A stretch of 64,000 nt of DNA from Dehalococcoidia bacterium. Lineage in GTDB: Bacteria; Chloroflexota; Dehalococcoidia; Lucifugimonadales; UBA3495. Under the pieces are notes generated by a model. The model was not told the DNA's origin. It was given only the letters and a program-made list of their open reading frames with translations, and did no database searches. Position 1 is the stretch's first letter, and each line of letters starts with the position of its first letter. This document shows, in pieces, positions 18,816 through 29,431 of this stretch. Location: NCBI GenBank assembly GCA_965232895.1, contig OZ247430.1:40934-104933 (forward strand), written 5' to 3'. The position numbers were made by a program, and so were the translations under genes.

Positions 18816-19781
18816 TTACGCTACGGGATGGTTCTCCCGCACCCAGCGGATTGCGTAAGCCGCTGGGCTTATGGCGTCCTGTGCTGTGATGCGCCTGGAC
18901 ATGATCTTGACGCACTCTCGCATCAGCGATTCGTCCAGTTTCGCAATGTCTGCCAATGCAACCTGTTCGCCTTCCAAAACCGCGACGGTCTTTGCAGCGT
19001 CCAGTTCCTTGCCATTAGCCTGTTGCCGGAGAAGTTGCACGTCGGCCAACAATTTTTCGGCCCCGTCAACCGACGATGCTCCGAGAGCCTTCACCAACTC
19101 CATCCGGGGGATGTAGTCGCGCTCGGCGACATGGTATGTCTCCTCAATTACCTTGCGGATACTGTCTTTAAGCCTACCACGTTTGTCCAGGGGAATGTTC
19201 TGCACATCTAAGTCACGGACGGCCCGGTCAATAATGCCTGCCAATTGTGCGGCAGCATCGGTCATTCGAATCACGGCATCAGCTTTCAACCCGCTCCGGC
19301 GCAACATCCGTTGCCTCTCAAAAAGGTCATCCCATTCACGGGGCGGGGTGTAAATGGCAGATTCGTAACCAGCGTGCCTTTTGTGCGCCTTCTTGACCAC
19401 CTTGAAACGCAGGGTCTTGAGAGCATACACGACTGATTCTTCCGACGCGCCTACCAATGGCGCAAGGTCAGCAGCATAGCAGCGTCCAGTAACGCGCCGG
19501 GTATCGTAAAGGTCGCGGACTGCATGAGTGACCTGGCGATGACGCCTCGTCAATTCGGGCCACTTGCGAGGCGGTGCCCAGCGTGTCGGAACTTGCCGCC
19601 AAATCCTTGCACGTGCTTTGAACATCTCGAAGCCGAGTGCGCGGATTGCGCTCCGTGTCCGATGCGGCTTCTCGCCAACCGAAACGGCTATCCGGTCAAG
19701 GGGCGTAGTGCCCGCTAAAACACCTTTGTCGAAAAGGTCGGCGATTTCAATTCGTAGGTCAAGGGGGTGCTTCCCAGCCAT
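18816..19781 (-). CDS. Hypothetical protein, possibly DNA-binding (two HTH-like repeats)
   Basis: 321-aa ORF in a lower-GC islet; segments IAVSVGEKPHRTRSAIRALGF and LAPLVGASEESVVYALKTLRF resemble each other. Confidence 0.6.
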   Translation of the reverse strand: MAGKHPLDLRIEIADLFDKGVLAGTTPLDRIAVSVGEKPHRTRSAIRALGFEMFKARARIWRQVPTRWAPPRKWPELTRRHRQVTHAVRDLYDTRRVTGRCYAADLAPLVGASEESVVYALKTLRFKVVKKAHKRHAGYESAIYTPPREWDDLFERQRMLRRSGLKADAVIRMTDAAAQLAGIIDRAVRDLDVQNIPLDKRGRLKDSIRKVIEETYHVAERDYIPRMELVKALGASSVDGAEKLLADVQLLRQQANGKELDAAKTVAVLEGEQVALADIAKLDESLMRECVKIMSRRITAQDAISPAAYAIRWVRENHPVA

Positions 19782-20036
19782 CGCAAGTACACCTTACGGA
19801 CATTGTGCCGTAGCCTAGCCAGTCGCGCGGCTGGTGTCAACCAGAATCTGCCCCATGGGATCCTGGGCCGGCCGCTCCGTATCCAAGGCTGCTCCCAATG
19901 CGCCAGACCCTATTGCAATCCGTATGTATGCAAACGCTGCGCCGTTGACCGACGCAACCTGACGGGATCATTAGGATATAATAGCAGCGCTGATTACGAA
20001 TATTATACTATCTACTGATAGGAGGAATCCCCACGA

Positions 20037-21141
20037 ATGGAAGAACTGCGCCACCATCTCGAAGATATGTCCACCAAGTTGGACGCGGTCATGGAGCGTC
20101 TTTGACCTGTCAGCGTGTGCAAACTCCATTGCGGAACTGGAAAAGGAAGCCTCCGCACCTGGGTTCTGGGACGACCCCGCAGCGGCCCAGCGCAAAATGC
20201 AGGAACTCGGGCACCTGCAGCAGTCTGTGGAATTGTGGCACGGTCTGCGGTCTCAAGTGACCGACCTGCTCGAACTCACCACGCTGGCGATTGAAAGCGA
20301 CGACGAAAGCGTGGCCGACGAGCTGTCGGTGGAGACGGCCGCAACCGCCGCCACCCTCGCGAAGGCGGAGATGGAACTCACGTTGTCGGGACCCTATGAC
20401 GGTCGCCCGGCGATTTTGACGATTCACTCCGGCGCCGGGGGCACCGACTCCCACGACTGGGTCGAAATGCTGACGGGGATGTACTCCAGCTGGGCATCCA
20501 TCAGCAATCGGCCGATCCAGGTGCTGAACACTGCGTACGGCGACGAGGCCGGCCTTCGTACCAGCACGCTGGAAATCGGCGGGCAGCACGCTTTCGGCTA
20601 CCTCAATGCTGAGGTGGGCGTGCATCGTCTGGTTCGCATCTCTCCCTTCGACCCGGCGCGGCGGCGGCAGACCTCATTCGCTCGCGTGGAAGTGTTGCCG
20701 GTTGCCGTCGATGACGATACCGAGGTGGAGTTGCGCTCAGACGACCTGAAGATGGACTTCTTCCGCTCCAGCGGACCCGGAGGGCAGAACGTGCAGAAGG
20801 TTGCTTCCGCCGTCAGGCTGACCCACGTGCCGACCGGGATCGTGGTCACATGCCAGACCGAGCGGTCGCAGCACCAGAACCGCGACTACGCGATGAGGAT
20901 CCTGCGGGCCAAGATCCTGGCGCTGCGCGAAGAGGAACGGGCCCAGGAACTGTCGGCGCTTCGCGGGGAGCGGGTCTCGGCCGAATGGGGCAACCAGATA
21001 CGGAGCTACGTCCTGCATCCGTACAAGTCAGTCAAGGACCACCGCACGGACTATCAGATGGGCAACGCGGACGCCGTGCTCGGCGGCGATATCGACGGCT
21101 TTATCGAAGCCTGGCTGGTGAGCCGGCTGGGAGCCGATTAG
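20037..21141 (+). CDS. prfB: Peptide chain release factor 2 with programmed +1 frameshift
   Basis: ATG 20037 after a GGAGG RBS; 22 codons to CTT-TGA-C (20100-20106) with an internal GGAG; the +1 frame gives DLSAC...GFWDD..., SPF and GPGGQ. Confidence 0.95.
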
Positions 21142-22370
21142 GCCGGCACGTCAGGCGAACTCGGCTGGAGGGACGCCAGCAGGTGTCCCATGCTGTCCCG
21201 CTTGATTCGCATGTACTCTTCGTTGGTCTCGTTCGGCGGCACTGACAGGCTAACCCGGTCGGTTACCTGGATGCCAAGACCGCTGATGCCCGCCATCTTG
21301 TGCGGATTGTTGGTGATCAGCCGCGCATGCGTAATGTTGAGGTCGCGCATGATCTGAACGGCGAGATCATACTTGCGCTCGTCCGGCTGGAACCCCAGGG
21401 CCACGTTGGCCTCGATGGTGTCCATGCCCTCGTCCTGCAGGGAGTAAGCCTTGATCTTGTTGTGAAGGCCGATCCCCCGGCCTTCCTGGCGCAGGTAGAC
21501 CAGGGCGCCGCGTCCCTGATCGAAAATCATCCGGATGGCCAGGTCCAACTGCTCGCCGCAATCGCATTTGAGGCTGCCGAAGGCGTCGCCGGTCAGGCAT
21601 TCGCTGTGCACGCGAACCAGCACGTCGTCGCCCTCGTTCCAGTCCCCAACCACCAACGCGGCGTGTTCTCCGCTGTCGATCGTGCTGCGGTATCCGACTA
21701 TCCGCGCCACACCGTACTTGGTGGGCAGGTTCGCCTCCGCAACCCGGGAGATCAGGGACTCGCTGATCCGGCGGTGGGCGATCAGCTGGGCAATGCTGAA
21801 GATCTTGAGGTCGTGCCTGGCCGCGAATACTTCCAGTTCCGGCAGGCGTGACATGGTGCCGTCGGCGTTCATGATCTCGCACACCACTCCGGCAGGGTAC
21901 GCTCCGGCGAGATTGCAAAGATCAACGATGGCCTCGGTATGGCCGGGGCGGTTCAGGACGCCGCCGGGGTTGCTTCGCAGGGGGAACATGTGGCCCGGAT
22001 GGACGAAATCGGCGGGGAGGGCGTCGGGGTCGATCAGCGCTCGTATGGTGGCGCTGCGATCGTAGGCCGATATGCCCGTTGACGTACCCTCTTTGAAGTC
22101 TACGGACGTCGTAAACGCGGTCGGCTGCAATGTCGGAGCGTTGCGACTCCTCAGGTTGGGGATCTGCAGCTCGTCCAGACGTTCGCCCTGCATGGGGACG
22201 CATACCAATCCCCGGGCATGGGTGACCATGAAAGTAATCGCCTCAGGAGTGGCGTGCTCGGCAAACAGGAACAGGTCTCCCTCGTTCTCTCGCCCCTCGT
22301 CGTCGACCACGATGACAAACTTGCCGGCGGTCAGATCTTCGAGCGCCTCTTCAAGGCTGCATAGGGGCAT
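21138..22370 (-). CDS. ribBA: Bifunctional DHBP synthase / GTP cyclohydrolase II
   Basis: VVDDEGRENEGD, RPGHTEA, RVHSECLTGDAFGSLKCDC, LRQEGRGIGL. Confidence 0.94.
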   Translation of the reverse strand: MPLCSLEEALEDLTAGKFVIVVDDEGRENEGDLFLFAEHATPEAITFMVTHARGLVCVPMQGERLDELQIPNLRSRNAPTLQPTAFTTSVDFKEGTSTGISAYDRSATIRALIDPDALPADFVHPGHMFPLRSNPGGVLNRPGHTEAIVDLCNLAGAYPAGVVCEIMNADGTMSRLPELEVFAARHDLKIFSIAQLIAHRRISESLISRVAEANLPTKYGVARIVGYRSTIDSGEHAALVVGDWNEGDDVLVRVHSECLTGDAFGSLKCDCGEQLDLAIRMIFDQGRGALVYLRQEGRGIGLHNKIKAYSLQDEGMDTIEANVALGFQPDERKYDLAVQIMRDLNITHARLITNNPHKMAGISGLGIQVTDRVSLSVPPNETNEEYMRIKRDSMGHLLASLQPSSPDVPA

Positions 22371-22461
22371 TATTCCTCCGGGGGATGCGGAATTTGGGGA
22401 GCGCGGTCCGACCGTAAACGGTGTAGCACACGGCCGGGCCGGACATCCTTGCCTGGCCGGG

Positions 22462-23097
22462 TCAACCAGCCTCGTGCGCCGTTGGATCGTTCTCGCGGCG
22501 GTAGTCAACCAGATCGGCGATGGAGAGGATGTTCAACTCGTGACTCGCGGCCATCGTAATCAGGTCGGGCAGGCGAGCCATCGTACCGTCGTCTTTCATG
22601 ATCTCACACACGACACCGGCGGGATAAAGTCCAGCCAACCGGCAGAGATCGACGATGGCTTCGGTATGACCGGGACGAACCAGGACTCCCCCCACATGAT
22701 AGCGCAACGGGAAGAGGTGGCCGGGCTGGATGAAGTCCTCGGCACGGACGTCAGGGTCGATCAGGGCTCGGATGGTGGCCGCGCGATCCTGCGCCGAGAT
22801 CCCGGTCGTGGTGTCGATGGCATAGTCGACGGGCATCGTAAACGCCGTGGGCATCGGCGAGTCGGAATGCCGACTCGGTAACATGGGGATGTCCAGTTCG
22901 GCCAGACGGTCGGCGGTCATCGGCATGCACAGCTGACCGCGGGCGTAGGTGACCATGAAATTCACGGCCTCGGGGGTCACGAACTCGGCCGGCATGACCA
23001 GATCGCCTTCGTTCTCGCGATCCTCATCGTCCACGACGATAAGGAATCTGCCGGCTCTCAGGTCTTGCAGGCCCTGTTCGATGCTTGCCAACTGCAT
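22462..23097 (-). CDS. ribB: Stand-alone 3,4-dihydroxy-2-butanone 4-phosphate synthase
   Basis: VVDDEDRENEGD, TTGISAQDR, PGHLFPL, RPGHTEA. Confidence 0.92.
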   Translation of the reverse strand: MQLASIEQGLQDLRAGRFLIVVDDEDRENEGDLVMPAEFVTPEAVNFMVTYARGQLCMPMTADRLAELDIPMLPSRHSDSPMPTAFTMPVDYAIDTTTGISAQDRAATIRALIDPDVRAEDFIQPGHLFPLRYHVGGVLVRPGHTEAIVDLCRLAGLYPAGVVCEIMKDDGTMARLPDLITMAASHELNILSIADLVDYRRENDPTAHEAG

Positions 23098-23133
23098 CTG
23101 AATTCTGGATCCAATGGTATGGATATCTGCTGG

Positions 23134-23718
23134 TCAGGCGAACCTGGCCGCCAGCAGACTTTCCACGTATTTTGCCAAGATGTCCGCTTCAAGATTTACC
23201 TTGTCGCCGACCTCCCGCTCGCGCAGGTTTGTGTGCTGCATGGTGAACGGAATGACCGAAATTGTGAAGCGGGGCTCCGAACTTTGTACCACCGTAAGGC
23301 TGATTCCGTCAACTGCGATGAACCCTTTCTCCACGATATACGGGGTCAGAGATGTCGGTGTTTCAATCTCCAGTATGAAGCAGTCGGCTTCCGGCGTAAT
23401 ACCCGTGATGTCGCCGGTGCCATCCACGTGGCCCTGCACAATGTGCCCGCCCATCCGATCATGCGCGGCCAGCGCGCGCTCCAGGTTGACCGCGCTGCCG
23501 GGGCCGACCTGACCCAGGGACGTGCGGCGGAGCGTTTCGGGCGCCAGATCCACCGCAAACGAGCCGGCGCCGAACTCAACAACCGTCAGGCAAGCGCCAT
23601 TGACGGAGATGCTGTCCCCCTCGTGAACATCTTCCAGGACAGTCTCCGCCTGGATGACCAGGCGGTATTCGGACAGCGAGGCGACTCGCCCCACTTCTTC
23701 CACGATGCCGGTGAACAT
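23134..23718 (-). CDS. ribE: Riboflavin synthase
   Basis: MFTGIVEE, GDSISVNGACLTV, GGHIVQGHVDG, VNLEADI. Confidence 0.95.
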   Translation of the reverse strand: MFTGIVEEVGRVASLSEYRLVIQAETVLEDVHEGDSISVNGACLTVVEFGAGSFAVDLAPETLRRTSLGQVGPGSAVNLERALAAHDRMGGHIVQGHVDGTGDITGITPEADCFILEIETPTSLTPYIVEKGFIAVDGISLTVVQSSEPRFTISVIPFTMQHTNLREREVGDKVNLEADILAKYVESLLAARFA

Positions 23719-24834
23719 TCAGTCGCCTCCTGAAGCTGGATAGCCGGTGATCAACCAGTCGGGTCCGATAGTTTCTATGGTCGTGCGTTCGAGTCGCAAG
23801 ACGTCGGCCATGGTGGTAGCGCCGTTGCCTTCAACCGGCGAACGCGCGCCCGCGCCCCCGATCAACATCGGCCCCAGGAACACGGCGAACTTGTCGATCA
23901 ACCGCGCGTCAAGCATGGCGCCAAGCACGCCGCCTCCGCCTTCCACCATGACGCTGACCACTCCCCGTTCACCCAGGTACGCCAGCAGCCCCGACAGATT
24001 CACGCGGCCGTCCGTCCCGGGGAACGACATCACTTCGGCGCCGGCATCCTGCAGAGCAACGGAACGAGATACGTTGGGATCCGCCGCCGTTGCGATCAGG
24101 GTTCGTCCGGGCTGGCGGAGCATACGGGCATTGGGCAATGTCCGGGCGTCGCTGTCGATGACGACGCGCCAGGGCTGCAAATTGGCTGGGAGCGGACCGC
24201 CGCTTTCGTCGCGGGCGGTCAATTGCGGATCATCCGCCAGAGCCGTGCCGATGCCGACCACGATGCCGTCCAGCTCCTTCCGCATCTGCTGGACGCGGGA
24301 ACGGGCGTCGGGTCCGGTGATCCACTGGGAGTCCCCGGTGCGGGTGGCGATTTTGCCGTCCAGGCTCATGGCGAATTTGGCCACCACGAAGGGCAGTCCG
24401 GTGGTGACGTGCTTGGCAAAGGCTTCGTACAGCAGTTCAGCGTTGGAGTTCGAGCGCTGGTCAACCTCGATGCCGGCCGATCGAAGCGCTGCGGCTCCCC
24501 CTCCGGATACGCGCGGGTTGGGATCAGTCACCGCGTAAACGACACGCGCTATTCCGGCGCCAATGATCGCATCGGTGCACGGAGGCGTGCGACCGTGATG
24601 GCAACAGGGCTCCAGCGTGCAGTACAGCGTCGCGCCGGCAGCGGCTTGGCCGGCCTGTGTCAGCGCGCCAATCTCCGCGTGGGCCTGACCAGGAGGAAGC
24701 GTGAAGCCCTCGCCGACAACGCCCGTTTCGTCGACGATCACCGCCCCTACGGCCGGGTTGGGACTGGTGGACCCCAGGGCAGACCGGGCCAGGGCAACCG
24801 CCAGAGCCATGTGATCGTCAGGCCCGGCCGCCAT
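23719..24834 (-). CDS. ribD: Riboflavin biosynthesis deaminase/reductase
   Basis: SPNPAVGAVI, HAE, TLEPCCHHGRTPPC, KFAMSLDGKIA; start MAAGP at 24834. Confidence 0.94.
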   Translation of the reverse strand: MAAGPDDHMALAVALARSALGSTSPNPAVGAVIVDETGVVGEGFTLPPGQAHAEIGALTQAGQAAAGATLYCTLEPCCHHGRTPPCTDAIIGAGIARVVYAVTDPNPRVSGGGAAALRSAGIEVDQRSNSNAELLYEAFAKHVTTGLPFVVAKFAMSLDGKIATRTGDSQWITGPDARSRVQQMRKELDGIVVGIGTALADDPQLTARDESGGPLPANLQPWRVVIDSDARTLPNARMLRQPGRTLIATAADPNVSRSVALQDAGAEVMSFPGTDGRVNLSGLLAYLGERGVVSVMVEGGGGVLGAMLDARLIDKFAVFLGPMLIGGAGARSPVEGNGATTMADVLRLERTTIETIGPDWLITGYPASGGD

Positions 24835-24836
24835 GC

Positions 24837-25424
24837 TCACGGGTTTCCTGGTCCCGAGAAATCCTGGTGAAAACGGCTGGCCGTGGGGCCGGATTGACCC
24901 TGGTAACGGCTCCCGAGTTCCGGGGATCCATACAGCCGTTCGGCCGGGGAGGTCAATTGGAGGAACGAGATCTGGCCGATTTTCATCCCGCAGTACAGGG
25001 CAATCGGCAACCGCGCCACGTTGCTCAATTCCAGCGTCAGGCGCCCGCGCCAACCGGGGTCCACAAAACCGGCGGTGCTGTGAATCAGCAGGCCGAGGCG
25101 GCCCAGGCTGCTCTTGCCTTCGAGCCGGGCGACGAGATCGTCGGGCAGTTCGATGTGCTCCAGGGTGCTACCCAGCACGAATTCCCCGGGATGCAGCATG
25201 AACGGTTCGCTTTCGGGAATGTTGACCTCTTCCGTGAGGTTGTCCAAAGGCTCCCGCACGTCGATGTAGGGTTGCCTTGAATTGGAAAAAACCAGGAACC
25301 TACTGTCCAGATGCAGGTCGATGCTGGCCGGCTGAATGTCGGCCTGGTCGACGGGCTCAACCACGATCCGGCCTTCCGCAATCTGCCGGCGGATGCTGCG
25401 GTCGCTGAGAACCATCAGGGTCAC
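24837..25424 (-). CDS. dcd: dCTP deaminase
   Basis: [43 protein letters not shown]. Confidence 0.94.
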   Translation of the reverse strand: MTLMVLSDRSIRRQIAEGRIVVEPVDQADIQPASIDLHLDSRFLVFSNSRQPYIDVREPLDNLTEEVNIPESEPFMLHPGEFVLGSTLEHIELPDDLVARLEGKSSLGRLGLLIHSTAGFVDPGWRGRLTLELSNVARLPIALYCGMKIGQISFLQLTSPAERLYGSPELGSRYQGQSGPTASRFHQDFSGPGNP

Positions 25425-26203
25425 TTCAGCTCGTACACGCCAGAGATGCTGACCGTGACCGCGACTTCTCCAGACGAGATCGGCGTGTCCAGATCGGCCG
25501 ACTCCGAACGGGCCAGAGCCGCAGGGAATGGAACCGCAGGCCCGCCAAAGTCACCTTCGGAGACCGCCTTGAGGTCTCCGAGTTCGCGGTCGGAGAACTC
25601 GGCCAACTGGCTTGCCTTCTCTTGCATGTCGTCGACGGCGGCTTCACGGGCAGATTTTTCCAGCTCGGTCGTGTCGGACAGCCCGAAACTGAGGTTGTTG
25701 AACACCAAGTGGTCACCGCCGGCTGCTATGGCGTCGTCGATCACGGAAGCCGCCTTGTCGATATCCCGGACGGTGACGGACAACCCGTTGCTGACGGTGT
25801 AACCAACTTGCTCACGGCCTTCCGGCCCGTACTCGTACTCGGGATGAATGCGGAAATGGCTGGTGGCGATGTCAGAGTTGAGGATGCGGTGGCGCTTGAT
25901 GGAGGCGAGGACATCGGTCATCGCCTCAGCCGCAGTTTTCCGCGCGTCGGCCACGGTGTCGTCGGTCACCGAAACCGCCAGCGACAGCCTGGCGAGATCC
26001 GGCGTCGCGCTGGCGCTGCCAAATCCGGTCACGACAATGGCGTCATACGGGTACACCGCGACCTGAGAGACCGGATCGGACGCTCCGATGACTGGCCCGC
26101 CGGACAAAGACGCCGCGGGTGGCTGGAAGCTGCACGCTGCGCCCAGGATCGCGAATGACGCGACCACACAAAATATGACGGCGCGGATCGATATTCCTCT
26201 CAT
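25421..26203 (-). CDS. SIMPL/DUF541 family lipoprotein
   Basis: Signal with ILGAAC; [52 protein letters not shown]. Confidence 0.88.
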   Translation of the reverse strand: MRGISIRAVIFCVVASFAILGAACSFQPPAASLSGGPVIGASDPVSQVAVYPYDAIVVTGFGSASATPDLARLSLAVSVTDDTVADARKTAAEAMTDVLASIKRHRILNSDIATSHFRIHPEYEYGPEGREQVGYTVSNGLSVTVRDIDKAASVIDDAIAAGGDHLVFNNLSFGLSDTTELEKSAREAAVDDMQEKASQLAEFSDRELGDLKAVSEGDFGGPAVPFPAALARSESADLDTPISSGEVAVTVSISGVYELK

Positions 26204-26221
26204 GGAAAGTCCTTCACCATT

Positions 26222-27460
26222 TTATCCCTGGAAGTTAACACGCCCGCCAAGCAGCGCGCGCGCCATGACGAATTTATGAATCTCTGACGTGCCACCGCCG
26301 ATGCGGGCGTGGCGGAGCATGTGATACCAATGGGCGATGGGCAGGTCCAGGGTTTCGCCCATGCCGCCGAATACCTGCATTACCTTATCAATGCTGCGCC
26401 AACCCCACTCACCCGCAGCGTATTTGACCATCGACGCCTCCACACGCACATCCTCGCCCGCGTCGGCGCGAGCCGCGGTTTCGCGCGCGACCGAACGGAG
26501 TGCGATGATGTCCATGTATACGTCGGTGAGCATCCACTGGATGGCCTGGCGGTCTGCGATCGGGCGGCCGTAGGTCACGCGCTGCTGCGACCACTCGATG
26601 GCCATCTCCAGCGCACGAGTGAGGATGCCCAGCGCCATCGCGCCACGCAGCAGACGGTCATGGTGGACCAGCCATTGCTGTCCCAGGGTGAAACCGCCGC
26701 CAACCTCGCCAAGGACCTGCGTCTGCGGCACCCGGACGTTGTCGAGATGGATGTAGTGCTGTTGCGCCTTGGTCGGGACGATCCAGACCCGAATGGGCTC
26801 GAAGGTCACGCCGGGCGTGGGATTGTCGATGATGAACATCGTGATGCCGCCGCGCTGCATCTTGTCCGGGTCGGTAACGGCCTGGACCAGTAGGAAGTCG
26901 GCGGAAGCGGCCCCGGAGATGAACATCTTGGTGCCGTTGAGAATCCAGTCGTCACCGTCCCGCACGGCGCGGGTCTGCATCATGCCGCCGGGATCAGAGC
27001 CAGCCTGTGGTTCGGTCTGCCCGAAGGAGTAGTACAGATCGCCATTGATAGCGGGATACAGATATTTCTCCTCCTGCTCCGGGGTGCACGCCCCGATCAT
27101 GAACATGGGGACCGGGGAGGTGGGCAGGTGAACGATGCTGCGGTGCACTTCCTCTTCCAGGACCAGGTGTCCCAGGGCGCCCATGCCTCCGCCGCCGTAC
27201 TCCTCCGGGACAAACGAAGTGTAGATCCCCGTTTGCTTCGAGACATTGTTCAGGCGACCCCACTGGTCCGCGGAGAGGGTACCGAGGACTCCGGGCACGG
27301 TCTCAAGAACGCCGCGTGGAGCGCCGTTTTCCGGTTCGCCTTCCTGTGGCGGGTGCGCCAGATAATCCGGCTCCAGTGGCATGCATTCGTCGCGGATGAT
27401 CTGGCGAACGGTGTTTTTGAGAGCGTCCAGCTCTGGCGGCAAACCGATATCCGGGGTCAT
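26222..27460 (-). CDS. Acyl-CoA dehydrogenase family protein
   Basis: FGQTEPQAGSD, WILNGTKMFISGA, RPIADRQAIQW, QVFGGMG, RIGGGTSEI. Confidence 0.9.
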   Translation of the reverse strand: MTPDIGLPPELDALKNTVRQIIRDECMPLEPDYLAHPPQEGEPENGAPRGVLETVPGVLGTLSADQWGRLNNVSKQTGIYTSFVPEEYGGGGMGALGHLVLEEEVHRSIVHLPTSPVPMFMIGACTPEQEEKYLYPAINGDLYYSFGQTEPQAGSDPGGMMQTRAVRDGDDWILNGTKMFISGAASADFLLVQAVTDPDKMQRGGITMFIIDNPTPGVTFEPIRVWIVPTKAQQHYIHLDNVRVPQTQVLGEVGGGFTLGQQWLVHHDRLLRGAMALGILTRALEMAIEWSQQRVTYGRPIADRQAIQWMLTDVYMDIIALRSVARETAARADAGEDVRVEASMVKYAAGEWGWRSIDKVMQVFGGMGETLDLPIAHWYHMLRHARIGGGTSEIHKFVMARALLGGRVNFQG

Positions 27461-27568
27461 GTTTTCTCCTGGGTGTCGGGATCGGGACGCGAACTAGGGA
27501 CTGGTTGTGTGTCTACAGGCGCACGGCCTTCGGCGGCGCCTGCCATCAGCCCTTGCCGGGGCCGACGG

Positions 27569-27775
27569 CTAATGGAATGGGCAGGCGTATTTCAGCGCTT
27601 CCAGGGCCGGGTTTTCGTCCGCAGACGGGGCCAGACGCGCCACATATTCGCCCTCGCCCGACGGGGCTGAAACGGAGGTGGCCGCGACCACTTCCATCAC
27701 CGAGCCGACTGTGCCAAACACGATGGCTCCTGCCAGTATGACTATGATCCCGATTCCTACTGCTTTACGTCTCAT
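27569..27775 (-). CDS. Small membrane/secreted protein ending in ACPFH
   Basis: 68 aa, N-terminal basic plus hydrophobic segment; divergent from selA. Confidence 0.6.
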   Translation of the reverse strand: MRRKAVGIGIIVILAGAIVFGTVGSVMEVVAATSVSAPSGEGEYVARLAPSADENPALEALKYACPFH

Positions 27776-28014
27776 AGGTCCTGCCCCAACTGTAGTCGAG
27801 CGCACGGTTTGAACGGCGTCTATGATAGCGCATCGGCGGGGTTGCAGGCACCCGGCGCCGCGGCTGCTATCAGCGTAGATTCGCCGGAGAACCCCGTTTG
27901 ACGGCCGTGTTTTCGGGCGCCGACGGGGACAGGCGCGGGTACGGCGGGATGGTAGAATACCAGCCTATACCAAGGTACGCCGCCAGAGTCGGCGCCAATC
28001 AACCCGGGCGACAG

Positions 28015-29397
28015 ATGACAATCGGTTCCGAACTTCGCAACCTCCCCAGCGTCGAGCGCGTGGTGAACGGTGATGCGCTCTCCTGCGCCGTGGCCGCGCA
28101 CGGACGTGAGATGGTGGTGGAACTGACCCGGGAAGTGCTGGACGGAGCCCGGAAGCGCGTATTGTCCGGCGGGGCCGCGCCGGCCGGGGACGAGATCGCC
28201 GAGGCCGTTCTTTCCCTGGTGGCCGAGCTGACCGAGCCGTCGCCTCGCCCGGTTATCAACGCGACCGGGGTCGTCATTCACACCAATCTGGGTCGTGCGC
28301 CTTTGAGCGACGCCGCTCTGGCCGCAGCCGATGCCGTGGCCCGGGGATACTCCGACCTGGAAATCGACCTCGGAACCGGACGACGCGGGTCGCGCCAGGC
28401 ACACCTGCAATCGCTGTTGCAGCGTATCACCGGAGCCGAAGCGGCACTGGCCGTGAACAACAACGCGTCGGCCCTGTTGCTGGGCTTGTCGGCTCTGGCG
28501 TCCGGCCGCGAGGTAATTGTTTCCAGGGGCGAAGCGGTCGAGATTGGCGGTGGGTTCCGCATACCCGACGTCTTGCGGCAAAGCGGTTGCACGCTCGTTG
28601 ACGTGGGAACCACAAACCGGACCTACGCGCGGGACTACGCCGAGGCCATGAGTGAGCAGACCGGAGCCTTTCTCAAAGCTCACGCCAGCAACTTCAGGGT
28701 GGAGGGTTTCACCGCGTTCGTCGCAGAGCGTGACCTCGTGGCGCTGGGCGAGACCTCCGGTGTCCCCGTGTTGCATGACGTCGGGAGCGGAGCGTTGCTG
28801 CCTACCGAGCGGTACGGATTGGCCCACGAGCCAACTCCACAGGAAAGCGTCGCCGCGGGTGTCGGGCTGGTGTTTTTCTCGGGTGACAAGCTGTTGGGCG
28901 GCCCGCAAGCCGGGATCGTAGTCGGCAAACGGGACCTGGTAACACAGTTGGAGCGACATCCGCTGGCGCGGGCGGTCCGGATCGACAAGATGAGCCTCGC
29001 CAGTTTGACGGCAACGTTGGCGCATTATGTGACGGGCGAAGCGGAAACCAGGGTGCCCGTGTGGCGAATGATTTCGGCGACCGCCGATGACGTGCGGTCT
29101 CGGGCGCAACAATGGCGCGCCATCTTGAGCGACAACCTGGTGGAAGCTTGTGTCGAGCCGGCTCGGTCAGCGATCGGAGGCGGGAGCCTGCCCGGCGAAA
29201 CATTGCCGTCGTGGACGCTGACGATCAATGCCCCGCCGGATCGGTCGCCGGAAGCGGTATTATCCGCGCTCCGCGGGCAATCGACCCCGGTGATCGCCAG
29301 GATCGAAGAGGCCGCGGTTCGCCTGGATCCCAGGACCGTGCTGCCGGAGCAGGACGACGCCGTGATTCAGGCCCTCACGGCGGTGATGGCCAGGTAA
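28015..29397 (+). CDS. selA: L-seryl-tRNA(Sec) selenium transferase
   Basis: VINATGVVIHTNLGRAPL, GYSDLEIDL, SRGEAVEIGGGFRIPDV, FSGDKLLGGPQAG. Confidence 0.96.
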   Translation: MTIGSELRNLPSVERVVNGDALSCAVAAHGREMVVELTREVLDGARKRVLSGGAAPAGDEIAEAVLSLVAELTEPSPRPVINATGVVIHTNLGRAPLSDAALAAADAVARGYSDLEIDLGTGRRGSRQAHLQSLLQRITGAEAALAVNNNASALLLGLSALASGREVIVSRGEAVEIGGGFRIPDVLRQSGCTLVDVGTTNRTYARDYAEAMSEQTGAFLKAHASNFRVEGFTAFVAERDLVALGETSGVPVLHDVGSGALLPTERYGLAHEPTPQESVAAGVGLVFFSGDKLLGGPQAGIVVGKRDLVTQLERHPLARAVRIDKMSLASLTATLAHYVTGEAETRVPVWRMISATADDVRSRAQQWRAILSDNLVEACVEPARSAIGGGSLPGETLPSWTLTINAPPDRSPEAVLSALRGQSTPVIARIEEAAVRLDPRTVLPEQDDAVIQALTAVMAR

Positions 29398-29431
29398 TCT
29401 CCACACAGGAAGCGACGGACCAACGACGCAG

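Noticed and set aside
27800-28014. tRNA-Sec (selC) next to selA
   Set aside because: No cloverleaf with a TCA anticodon or long variable arm was found on either strand.
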